Shown: positions 26,239 to 33,546 of the stretch, one piece after another | How the letters are laid out: each line of letters begins with the position of its first letter | Position numbering within the stretch: position 1 is the first letter of the stretch | Source: a virus | Direction: 5' to 3' (one strand) | IMG/VR virus record: IMGVR_UViG_3300046507_000523 | Span: 1 to 57,919 of that record | Length of the DNA stretch: 57,919 nt | Notes under the pieces: model-generated | Told to the model about the DNA's origin: nothing | Databases searched by the model: none | The model's input: the letters and a program-made list of their open reading frames with translations, nothing else | Program-made: the position numbers and the translations under genes

Positions 26239-26784
26239 TCAGGCGGCGGGTGCCCAGAGGGCGAGTGCGAGGACGGTGGTGGCGAGGGGGATGCGGGCGG
26301 CCCACGCGAGGCCCGCCCACCAGTGGCGGGTACGGCGGTCCCACACGTGGGCGACGAGCAGGCAGGATCCGATGCCGAGGGTGAGAGCACCGCTGGTGCT
26401 GTACCGCTGGCCGCAGTCGGCGAGCGATGCAGCGCACTGCTGGTACAGGCCGAGGCCCCACCCAGCGCCCGCGGCGCTGGCGTTGTACAGCGCGGCCCGG
26501 GTTTTGGGGCTGATCGCGGGGCGGGCCGGCATGTGGGTGAGGGCGTCGGGAAGGTGGGGGCGCGGCCAGTAGTCGGGCTGCGGAATGAAGCGGCCGGGCC
26601 CGGACGGGGCGTCGTCCTTGACCGGCTGCTCCTCGTCGGCGACGGCCTCGGGTTCGTCGTCGTAGATCTGGTCCCACCAGTCGTCGGCGGTCATGGTGTC
26701 TCCGAGGGCGTCGGGGCCTACGCCTCGGAGGCGCAGGATGTCGCGGATGGTGATCTCGTCGGGGCCCGGCTGCGCGCCCATCAC
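26239..26784 (-). CDS. Membrane protein, 181 aa (acidic N-terminus, about 3 C-terminal TM)
   Basis: ATGA overlap with the upstream gene. Hydrophobic C-terminal half. Confidence 0.7.
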   Translation of the reverse strand: MMGAQPGPDEITIRDILRLRGVGPDALGDTMTADDWWDQIYDDEPEAVADEEQPVKDDAPSGPGRFIPQPDYWPRPHLPDALTHMPARPAISPKTRAALYNASAAGAGWGLGLYQQCAASLADCGQRYSTSGALTLGIGSCLLVAHVWDRRTRHWWAGLAWAARIPLATTVLALALWAPAA

Positions 26785-27617
26785 GCCCCCCGGAGGTAGC
26801 GAGCGACGGTCTCCGCCTTGGCGTTGGCGTCGGCAACCTGGTGGACGTACCGCAGGACTGCGTCCGGCTCGCGGATTCCGGAATCCTTGGCGGTCTGGAC
26901 CGCGTCCTTAATGGTCATCGGCCCGGTGAGGGCGGGGAGCGGATCCCCGGATCCGGCATCCGGATCCTGTCCGGACTCGTCCGGATCGGCGTCCGGACCG
27001 GTCCGGAGCGCCTGCTCCTCGGCGGCCACCAGGCTCCGTGCGCGGGTCAGCTCGCGGTTGATCGCGACCATGGCGAGCTCCCCGCCGGCCTCGGCGCGCT
27101 GCTTGTCGACCCACTGCTGCGTCTTGTTGTCGAGGGGCTTCGCGTGGTGGCGGAGGACGACGGTCCACAGGGTCTTGACGATCCCGGATACGACGGCGCC
27201 GATCGCGCCGATGGCGACCTGCCCGGCGAGCCAGCCGTGCGCGCCGACGGCAACCATCGCGATAGCGAGCGCGCCGTGCCCCATCCGGCGGGGCAGGCTC
27301 GCGCGGGCCGGGTCGTAGCGGGACAGCCACTCGACGGCCATGCACAGGATCCACGCGAGGTCGAAGGCGACCGCCGCGGCGTATGCGGCGGGGGCGATGG
27401 TGACGCGGGCGAGGAGGTCGCCGATCGAGGCGGTGGACCAGACGACGGTGACGGAGACGAGGAGTCCGGCGGCGGCGGTGACGGCGGTGAGGACGGTGCG
27501 GTCCCAGTCGCGGGGCGGGATGGGGATGTCGACGGTGTAGCGGTCGAGGACCATCTCGGTCTTGCCGTTGACGGTGTGGGGGACGAGGCGGGTCCGCTCG
27601 ATGCGGCGGGTCTTCAC
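26781..27617 (-). CDS. Polytopic membrane protein, 278 aa (reminiscent of DUF2637/Spd-type actinobacterial proteins)
   Basis: Four hydrophobic segments (VLTAVTAAAGLLVSVTVVW, AAAVAFDLAWILCMAV...) followed by a coiled C-terminal domain. The family assignment is from memory only. Confidence 0.7.
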   Translation of the reverse strand: MKTRRIERTRLVPHTVNGKTEMVLDRYTVDIPIPPRDWDRTVLTAVTAAAGLLVSVTVVWSTASIGDLLARVTIAPAAYAAAVAFDLAWILCMAVEWLSRYDPARASLPRRMGHGALAIAMVAVGAHGWLAGQVAIGAIGAVVSGIVKTLWTVVLRHHAKPLDNKTQQWVDKQRAEAGGELAMVAINRELTRARSLVAAEEQALRTGPDADPDESGQDPDAGSGDPLPALTGPMTIKDAVQTAKDSGIREPDAVLRYVHQVADANAKAETVARYLRGA

Positions 27618-27650
27618 GGTGGCTCCCGGGTGGCGTACGGGGTGGCGGGG

Positions 27651-27986
27651 TCAGCGCTGCGCGCACTTCTGCTCGACGAGGACCGCGGCTCTGTCCCAGT
27701 CGACGGACTCGTTGCCGGCGCCGATGCGCATCTGCTCGGCCGCCCACTCGGAGCCGAACATCGCGATGCCGCCGCACATGGCGTTCTTGTCGGCTTCGGT
27801 CTGCTGGTCCCAGGAGAGGTCGACGACGTTCTGCGTCATGTCGTCGGTAGTGGGGGTGGCGTCGGTGGTTTCGATGACGGTGGTGGTCGCCGGGTTGTCG
27901 CCGCTGGTGTCGGGCGTCGACGTGCAGGCGGTGAGGGCGAGTACGGCGGCGGCGCATATGGCGGCGAGGGCGTGGCGGATCTTCAT
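27651..27986 (-). CDS. Lipoprotein
   Basis: 111 aa. MKIRHALAAICAAAVLALTAC with a canonical L-T-A-C lipobox, then a Thr/Asp-rich linker. Confidence 0.85.
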   Translation of the reverse strand: MKIRHALAAICAAAVLALTACTSTPDTSGDNPATTTVIETTDATPTTDDMTQNVVDLSWDQQTEADKNAMCGGIAMFGSEWAAEQMRIGAGNESVDWDRAAVLVEQKCAQR

Positions 27987-28067
27987 GAGCGTGGGTCTCC
28001 GTGGAAAGGGCCGGGCCGCGCGCTGGGGGATGTGCGCGCGACCCGGCGGTCTGGTGGGGCGGTTGGT

Positions 28068-28286
28068 CTAGCGGGGCCGGTACCAGGGGCCCTTGTGGTC
28101 CTGCTGCCGGTCGGCGTCTTCCCAGGCTTGGCCTTGGGCGGCGGCTCTGCGGATGCTGCGGCGGGAGCCGCCGGTGCGGCGGCCTTCCTTGGTGGCCTTG
28201 CGGGCGGCTTTCTCGCGGTCCTTGGTGGACGGGTTCGACGCGTACGGGTTCGCGGCCTGCAAGCGGCGGTCGAAGAGCCAGCCCAT
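28068..28286 (-). CDS. Small basic protein, 72 aa
   Basis: Internal ATG (MGWLFDRRLQAANPY...) overlaps the upstream stop by 1 nt. Confidence 0.5.
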   Translation of the reverse strand: MGWLFDRRLQAANPYASNPSTKDREKAARKATKEGRRTGGSRRSIRRAAAQGQAWEDADRQQDHKGPWYRPR

Positions 28287-28447
28287 CAGCGGTCCCCGTC
28301 CTGCTCGTCGTCGGACGCGTCGAGTTGGGCGTCGAGGAGAGCGGGTTCGATGGGTGCGGTGCCTTGCCCTTGGTAGTCGCCGCACTCGATGGCCGCGTAC
28401 ACGGCTTCGCTGCCGAGGTACATGCGGTCCTGGAAGTTCGGTTCCAT
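28286..28447 (-). CDS. Small acidic protein, 53 aa
   Basis: Internal ATG (MEPNFQDRMYLGSEAVYAAIECGDY...) overlaps the upstream stop (TGATG). Confidence 0.5.
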   Translation of the reverse strand: MEPNFQDRMYLGSEAVYAAIECGDYQGQGTAPIEPALLDAQLDASDDEQDGDR

Positions 28448-28623
28448 CAGCCGCGCGCCTTCGCGTCTTGCTGCGCCATGGTCTGGCGGACGTCGGCGCC
28501 GGCGTCCCAGTCGGCGTTGCACAGCTCGACAGTCGCGGGCTCGGCGAGGATCCGGTTCGGCTGCGGGGTCAGCGCGGGGCTGGGCTGTTGGCCGGGCTGG
28601 CCGTTAGGCTCCTGCATGGTCAT
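28447..28623 (-). CDS. Small protein, 58 aa; first gene of the membrane-module operon
   Basis: Perfect AGGAGGAA RBS before the ATG. MTMQEPNGQPGQQPSPALTPQPNRILAEPATVELCNADWDAGADVRQTMAQQDAKARG. Below the ORF-track size cutoff. Confidence 0.55.
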   Translation of the reverse strand: MTMQEPNGQPGQQPSPALTPQPNRILAEPATVELCNADWDAGADVRQTMAQQDAKARG

Positions 28624-28650
28624 TCCTCCTGGTGAAGCAGGTGGATGGCT

Positions 28651-28685
28651 GGCCCCGACGGGAGGTGCGAACTCCCGCCGGGGCC
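28651..28685. promoter_or_regulatory. GC-rich hairpin in a divergent control region (insulator or terminator-like)
   Basis: GGCCCCGACGGGAG - 7 nt - CTCCCGCCGGGGCC: a 14-bp stem with one mismatch. Confidence 0.5.
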
Positions 28686-28723
28686 GTACTCGTTACGGAC
28701 GGAGACGGAACCTCCGAGCCGTT

Positions 28724-28759
28724 GTGTAGTCACGCTACACGCGTGTAGGCTTCCTACAC
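28724..28759. promoter_or_regulatory. Two tandem 17-bp palindromic operator-like sites
   Basis: GTGTAGtcacgCTACAC (28724..28740) and GTGTAGGcttCCTACAC (28743..28759), lying between divergent start codons at 28623 and 28806. Confidence 0.6.
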
Positions 28760-28805
28760 AAGACGGCAGGACGATCCGCCTCCCGAGCCCCGGAGAGGAA
28801 CGGAC

Positions 28806-29072
28806 ATGGACGACCGGGCGGAGGAGGTGCAGCGCGTGCTCGATGCCATCGACGCTCTCGCGGCGAACGACCCACCGGCCTCACGGGCGAAGCAGCTGAC
28901 AGAGCTGCTAAGCGAAGTGCAGGTGAGAGTGCGGCGGGAGCGACAGGCTGCGGTGCGGGAGATGCACCAGGGCGGCATGACTTACCGACAGATCGCCACC
29001 GAGCTGAACATCAGCTTCGGCCGTGTTCGGCAGATCCTCGCGGAGGAGACGGACCAGCCGTCGGAGGAATGA
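28806..29072 (+). CDS. HTH DNA-binding protein (sigma-70 region 4/LuxR-like HTH)
   Basis: 88 aa. MTYRQIATELNISFGRVRQILAEE. GGAGAGGAA RBS. Confidence 0.8.
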   Translation: MDDRAEEVQRVLDAIDALAANDPPASRAKQLTELLSEVQVRVRRERQAAVREMHQGGMTYRQIATELNISFGRVRQILAEETDQPSEE

Positions 29073-29635
29073 GAGAAGGCCGAGCGGTGTGGAAGACCGC
29101 CCGGCCTGAGAGCACCAATTGGAGTCAGTGCACTGTGACTGTACCGAACAAGCCCGACCGACCGCCGCGCCGCGCGGCCGTCTACCGCCTCTGGGATGCG
29201 GAAGGGACTCTGCTGTACATCGGGTCGGCGTACGACCCAGACCACCGCTGTAAGGAACACAGCAAGAAGCCTTGGTGGCCCGAGGTGGCGCGCCGCACCG
29301 AGGAATGGTTCGCCCACCGCGGCACGGCATACCGCGAGGAACTGAAAGCGATCAGGGCGGAGAAGTCCAAGTACAACCGGATGGGCGCGCCCTCATACCG
29401 CACCCCCGACACGGAAGCTGTGCAGCGGCGGAAGGCGCTGGGGCCTCTCCGGCAAAGGCTGCTGGAAGAATCTTGGGGCGTGGCTCGGGCTGCTCGCGAG
29501 GCGGCACGCGATCAGGGTGCATCCTCCGAGGAGGCGGAACGCACCGGGAAACTGGCCGAGATCGAGTTCCTGGAGAACACTGGTCTGTTCGCCGGGGCGG
29601 TGAAGCGGCGGCGCGAACAGCTGTCCGCACCGTGA
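29069..29635 (+). CDS. GIY-YIG-like nuclease-domain protein
   Basis: AVYRLWDAEGTLLYIGSAYDPDHRCKEHSKKPWWPEV...ELKAIRAEKSKYN fits the GIY-YIG pattern. ATGA overlap with the HTH gene. Confidence 0.7.
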   Translation: MREGRAVWKTARPESTNWSQCTVTVPNKPDRPPRRAAVYRLWDAEGTLLYIGSAYDPDHRCKEHSKKPWWPEVARRTEEWFAHRGTAYREELKAIRAEKSKYNRMGAPSYRTPDTEAVQRRKALGPLRQRLLEESWGVARAAREAARDQGASSEEAERTGKLAEIEFLENTGLFAGAVKRRREQLSAP

Positions 29636-29727
29636 GCGACACCACCTGGGGCTGACACCCCGCACCCTTGAGCCCCCACCCGCGTGCCGGGCCGGGGGCT
29701 CACTGCTGCCCGGCCTACACTCCCGCA

Positions 29728-29964
29728 GTGAACATTCCCGATGATCTGATCAACCTGGAACGCGCCGCCGAAGAAGCACGGGCCCAGCTCGCGGGCCTGG
29801 TCGGGGCGGAGTATGAGGAGCAGTGGCGGGCGTGGCGTACCGCGTCGGAGAAGGTGCAGGCCGCGATCACCGAGTACGCCGGCGCGGCTGGTGAGAACCG
29901 GGTGGACGTCGAGATGGCGGTGAAGGCCGCGGTGCGGCATGGCGATGAGGACCCGGCCGAGTAG
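29728..29964 (+). CDS. Hypothetical protein, 78 aa (start uncertain; TTG 29668 is possible)
   Basis: VNIPDDLINLERAAEEARAQLAGL..., helical. Followed by a strong terminator. Confidence 0.55.
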   Translation: MNIPDDLINLERAAEEARAQLAGLVGAEYEEQWRAWRTASEKVQAAITEYAGAAGENRVDVEMAVKAAVRHGDEDPAE

Positions 29965-29976
29965 CCGCACGCGACG

Positions 29977-30010
29977 AAGCCCCTGCCATCCGTACAAAGG
30001 CAGGGGCTTC
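29977..30010. terminator. Bidirectional intrinsic-terminator hairpin (end of the early operon and of the plus-strand module)
   Basis: GAAGCCCCTGCC - 10 nt - GGCAGGGGCTTC: a perfect 12-bp stem between convergent genes. Confidence 0.75.
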
Positions 30011-30124
30011 GTGCTGTCCGTCATCTTCCGCTACCCGACTGCCCAGGCGTACGGTCGCGGATGCCCTTGGAGGCACGCGGCCCGCCAGCCTGTATGGGAC
30101 GGCGGGCCGCAGCATGCCACGGTG

Positions 30125-30394
30125 TCAGGCCGGGCGCTGCCACGTCGTCAACGGCGGCTCCTCACGGATCGGGCACTCCACACACCCGCCGTCACGGGCC
30201 TGCTGGCGCTGTTCCAGGGCGCGGCGCCCCGACGCGAACACCGGGGTGCGCCAACGCCGTTCCTCGGGATCACCAGCGACAATCCAGTCCGGGCCGACGG
30301 CTTCGATGCGTACGCAGTTGTAGTGGTCGCGGCCGAAGGCTCCGTGGGCGAAGCCGTGGATGACGTCGCCGGGCGCGAGGGGTCGGGCGGTCAC
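30125..30394 (-). CDS. Hypothetical protein, 89 aa
   Basis: GTG start in a GTGA overlap with the upstream stop. VTARPLAPGDVIHGFAHGAFGRDHYNCVRIEAVGPDW... Confidence 0.55.
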   Translation of the reverse strand: MTARPLAPGDVIHGFAHGAFGRDHYNCVRIEAVGPDWIVAGDPEERRWRTPVFASGRRALEQRQQARDGGCVECPIREEPPLTTWQRPA

Positions 30395-30930
30395 GGGGTT
30401 GCCTTCCAGTTGGGGCCGCGCAGTGCCGGCGGGACGCGGCGGGTGTCCGTGCGCGGGCCTGACAGGCGAACGGGCGGGTACGGCTCTGGGATCGGCCGGT
30501 CGAGGATGGCGAGCACCTCGGGGGTGAGGCCGTAGCCCTCGGCGAGCGCGAGCAGGGTCGGGCAGTCGTTGGTGTGGTCGACAGCCCAGTCCTCGTTGAG
30601 TTCGCCGCAGCCGGTGCAGGCGTGGCCGCCGTATCCGCGTCCGCCGTAGGGCTTGTGTACTTCGAGGATCTTCCGGTCGGCGGTGCAGCGGCGCAGCACG
30701 TTGGCCGGGTCGTGCACGGCGATGTGGCGTGCGTCCCGCAGGTATTCGATCCCGCCGCCTTCGTATCCGTGGCCGACGACGTCGACCTCTCCGGGTGACG
30801 TGCCGATGCCTGCGTCGAAGTCGGTCTGCCAGTTGTATTCGGTGACGTGCCAGGGGCCGGGTGTCGCGTCGAGGGCGATGGCCTCGGTGTGGTCGATCTG
30901 TTGGGTGATCCAACCGTGTAGGTCAGGCAC
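30391..30930 (-). CDS. Conserved actinophage protein (DUF6221-like)
   Basis: GTG at 30930 behind AAGGAGG. ARHIAVHDPANVLRRCTADRKILEVH is typical of that family (from memory). Confidence 0.7.
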   Translation of the reverse strand: MPDLHGWITQQIDHTEAIALDATPGPWHVTEYNWQTDFDAGIGTSPGEVDVVGHGYEGGGIEYLRDARHIAVHDPANVLRRCTADRKILEVHKPYGGRGYGGHACTGCGELNEDWAVDHTNDCPTLLALAEGYGLTPEVLAILDRPIPEPYPPVRLSGPRTDTRRVPPALRGPNWKATP

Positions 30931-31126
30931 GCGTACCTCCTTGAGCGGCAACGGCGTCGAGCGCTTCGACGATCGACTGCAACGTCGGGGGCGCCAGGGC
31001 GCGTTCGGGCTGGGACGGCCAGCCGTACGGGCAGGACGGGGGCGGGGTGCTGCGCCACCAGGGGGCGTGGACGCGGCCGCAGACGCAGTTCCACGGGGTC
31101 ATGGTCCAGCCGTGCAGGTCAGACAC
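30923..31126 (-). CDS. Hypothetical protein, 67 aa
   Basis: GTG start overlapping the upstream stop (GTGTCTGA). Its first 8 codons nearly duplicate the start of the next gene. Confidence 0.5.
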   Translation of the reverse strand: MSDLHGWTMTPWNCVCGRVHAPWWRSTPPPSCPYGWPSQPERALAPPTLQSIVEALDAVAAQGGTRA

Positions 31127-31478
31127 CGGGCTGCTCCTCGCTGTTCGCGGCCGGGCGGCGTAGCGCGGTGCACTGGCGGCAGGTGCAGTGCTTGACGCAG
31201 CGAACCCCGTTCCAGCACCCGCATGCCTGCGCGTTGGCGCTGGACGCCCCAGCCGGTCCAGACGGCGGGACGCCAGGCGTCCCGTGCCGCTCCAGCCAGC
31301 GAGTTTTGAACTCCTCGACCTCGGAGTCGGTGAGCTTACGGTCGAAGGTGACCATGCCGCCGTCGGTCTCCCAGCGCACGGGCTGACGCCGGGCGCGCCG
31401 CCCGGAGACGAGTGCGGTGATGGCCACGATGGCGGCGGTCCAGCTGATGGCGCACGCGATGATCTGGCTGGTCGTCAC
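31119..31478 (-). CDS. Membrane-anchored Cys-rich protein, 119 aa
   Basis: GTGA overlap. N-terminal TM IIACAISWTAAIVAITALV. C-terminal CGCWNGVRCVKHCTCRQC. Confidence 0.6.
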   Translation of the reverse strand: MTTSQIIACAISWTAAIVAITALVSGRRARRQPVRWETDGGMVTFDRKLTDSEVEEFKTRWLERHGTPGVPPSGPAGASSANAQACGCWNGVRCVKHCTCRQCTALRRPAANSEEQPGV

Positions 31479-32095
31479 GAGGGCTGCTCCTGTCCGTCGA
31501 GGGCGCGGACCGTGTCGCACGGGTACGGCACCGCGTAGGTCGGGTAGTCGCGGAACGAGCAGTACTCGCACTCCTCGGTGTTCTCGTTCCGCCGGTGCAG
31601 CACGCGGACGCGGGCGATCGCAGCCTTGTCGGGTTCGGTCCCTTCGGTCCCTGCTGGTCCGGGCGCGGGCTCCGTCTTCTGCCCGGTAGCGCAGAGCAGG
31701 CAGTGCTCGGGCCCGCGTTTCATCGCGTCCCGCAGCCAGCCCGCCCACTGCAACGCGCCCTGGTTCTCCATGCTGGCGACGACGTGGCGGACTTCGTTGA
31801 GGGCCATCTCGGCGTGCCGGCCGCCGTGGATGCGCTCGGTGTGGCCGTTGATATGGCAGTCGCTGGCCTTGGCCCCGTCGCGCATCGCGGCCATGGCGGC
31901 CTGGAGCCGCTTCTCGGGGGTGGCGCGGTTCCATTGCCAGATCCATTGTGCGGGCGTGCATTCGAAGGCTGGGTTGGTGACGGGTTCCTCGCCTTCGTGG
32001 AGCCGCGCGAGCTCGGCCTCGGCCCGCTCGACGCGGTTGTACAGCTGGTCGAGTGCGTCATCGTTGATCGTGTCAGCGGTGTAGCGGTCGGTCAT
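31475..32095 (-). CDS. Hypothetical protein, 206 aa
   Basis: Coding-like. N-terminal coiled coil. C-terminal CEYC...YPCDT motif. Confidence 0.75.
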   Translation of the reverse strand: MTDRYTADTINDDALDQLYNRVERAEAELARLHEGEEPVTNPAFECTPAQWIWQWNRATPEKRLQAAMAAMRDGAKASDCHINGHTERIHGGRHAEMALNEVRHVVASMENQGALQWAGWLRDAMKRGPEHCLLCATGQKTEPAPGPAGTEGTEPDKAAIARVRVLHRRNENTEECEYCSFRDYPTYAVPYPCDTVRALDGQEQPS

Positions 32096-32409
32096 GCTGC
32101 GCTGCTCCTCGGGTCGTCGGGGGTGTCGAGTTGCGCGGCCAGCTCCCAGAAGCGGGCAGTCTCAGCGGGGCTGATCACTGGCCGGACAACCGCGGGTCGG
32201 ACCGCACGCTCCAGCTCGACGCGCAGCGCCCGGAGTTCGTCGGCGTGAGTGGATTCGCGGAGGCCGGCGCAGATCGGGGCGATGCTGGCGGCGGCCATGG
32301 TGATGCTGGTCCACAGGGGGACGTGGCCGAAGGTGCGGACGGTGCACCAGGTGATCCAGAGGGTGACTGCGGTGTAGAGGGTGCAGAGGGCGCGGCCTTG
32401 GTTGGTCAT
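32092..32409 (-). CDS. Membrane protein, 105 aa
   Basis: Two hydrophobic segments. ATGA overlaps on both sides. Confidence 0.65.
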   Translation of the reverse strand: MTNQGRALCTLYTAVTLWITWCTVRTFGHVPLWTSITMAAASIAPICAGLRESTHADELRALRVELERAVRPAVVRPVISPAETARFWELAAQLDTPDDPRSSAA

Positions 32410-32606
32410 CGCTGCTCCCGGGCTGCTTGGCGTGCGGTGTCGCGGATGCCTGCGATGAGTTCCTCGATGCGGTCGAGGGGGATGGGGATGTCGGTCGACT
32501 CGTGGCAGTCGAGGGCGTAGAGGGCGATGGCGGGGGTGCCGTCGCGTAGTTGGGTGGCGCGGACTTCGAGTCGGCCGCCGCGGGGGTCGGTGTAGCAGAA
32601 CGTCAT
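32406..32606 (-). CDS. Hypothetical protein, 66 aa
   Basis: Internal ATG (MTFCYTDPRGGRLEVRATQL...) in an ATGA overlap. Confidence 0.6.
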   Translation of the reverse strand: MTFCYTDPRGGRLEVRATQLRDGTPAIALYALDCHESTDIPIPLDRIEELIAGIRDTARQAAREQR

Positions 32607-33013
32607 CGCTGCGCCTCCGGGTCGTCGTCGGCCGGGTCCCAAGCCGCGAGCGGGTCGCGGTCGGTGGTGGCCCACACGCGGGTCGGACAGGGATACCGCT
32701 GCTCGCACTCGACGCAGAGGCCGCTGACCAGGCCGCCGGGGAACTGCTCCGGAGCGTGCGCGTCGGCGATGCGGGCGAGGCGTGCTTCGGGGCTGTCGAG
32801 GAGGACGATGCGGGTGGCGCCGCCGTGTCCGTGGACGCCCTTGACGGAGACGATTCCTTCGGGGTGGGGGGTGGTGGTGGGCCAGCGTCCGAGCCAGTGG
32901 ACGGCGGCGTGGCCGTCGCTGAAGATGACGCCGTCGGCGACGTGCCCGGTGCCGCTGACTCCGGAGATGTCGGTGTCGCGGTGGAGTTGGAAGTGGCGGG
33001 GCGGCGTGGTCAT
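32603..33013 (-). CDS. Conserved hypothetical protein, 136 aa
   Basis: Internal ATG. DISGVSGTGHVADGVIFSDGHAAVHW is a motif common in actinophage proteins. Confidence 0.7.
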   Translation of the reverse strand: MTTPPRHFQLHRDTDISGVSGTGHVADGVIFSDGHAAVHWLGRWPTTTPHPEGIVSVKGVHGHGGATRIVLLDSPEARLARIADAHAPEQFPGGLVSGLCVECEQRYPCPTRVWATTDRDPLAAWDPADDDPEAQR

Positions 33014-33144
33014 CGGGTCCTCCGTGTGCGGATGGTGTGGGTGAGGGCGCGCCCGCCCCGCCGGATGGCGAGGAGGGCGCAGAACGCGAAGGGCCAGCAG
33101 ATGACGGTGATGCCGAGGACCCAGCCCCAGTCGACGCGGCTCAC
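33010..33144 (-). CDS. Possible small membrane protein, 44 aa
   Basis: GTG in a GTGA overlap. WGWVLGITVICWPFAFCALLAI. Confidence 0.35.
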   Translation of the reverse strand: MSRVDWGWVLGITVICWPFAFCALLAIRRGGRALTHTIRTRRTR

Positions 33145-33398
33145 GCTGCCTCCCGGTAGCCGTGTGTCTCTGTGGGCTCGCTGTGGCGCCTGGCGCGGGT
33201 GCGTGCGTGGATTCGGGCGCGGAGCCTCCCGCGTCGCCACGACGGCCCGCGGAGCGCCCGCCGTGCCGCCTTCCAGCCCTGCGCGACGGCGAGCATGGTC
33301 GTGAACAGGGCGACGGTGACAACGAACGCGGCGGCCATGATCCAGGCGACGATGGCCCAGCCGATGGAGACAGCGGTGTCGATGGCCTCAGCGATCAT
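33141..33398 (-). CDS. Membrane protein, 85 aa
   Basis: Internal ATG in an ATGA overlap. AVSIGWAIVAWIMAAAFVVTVALFTTMLAV. Confidence 0.55.
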   Translation of the reverse strand: MIAEAIDTAVSIGWAIVAWIMAAAFVVTVALFTTMLAVAQGWKAARRALRGPSWRRGRLRARIHARTRARRHSEPTETHGYREAA

Positions 33399-33544
33399 GA
33401 GGTGGCTCCGTCGGCCTGGTACTTGGTGAAGCAGCCGTAGCAGCGCCACCACTGCGCCCGGCGCCATGGCCAGCGGCGCATTCGGACGATGGCCCGCTTG
33501 ACCCCGCAGGCGGGGCAGGGCGGCGGCGTTCGTTCGTCGGCCAT
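33395..33544 (-). CDS. Small zinc-ribbon protein, 49 aa
   Basis: MADERTPPPCPACG...WRCYGCF: two CxxC pairs. Confidence 0.55.
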   Translation of the reverse strand: MADERTPPPCPACGVKRAIVRMRRWPWRRAQWWRCYGCFTKYQADGATS

Positions 33545-33546
33545 GG

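Noticed and set aside
25014-26836. The 458-aa and 376-aa track ORFs taken as single large proteins.
   Set aside because: Their N-terminal halves are Arg/Pro-rich read-through of neighbouring genes in other frames. Internal ATGs with RBS or stop-start overlaps give compact membrane proteins of 230 and 172 aa.
24100-29964. Interpreting the accessory island plus int/xis as an actinomycete integrative conjugative element (AICE) fused to a phage.
   Set aside because: No FtsK/SpoIIIE-like TraB translocase, Rep protein or Nudix/kor gene is visible. The Spd-like resemblance rests on one membrane protein recalled from memory, so it is kept only as a hypothesis within a finding.
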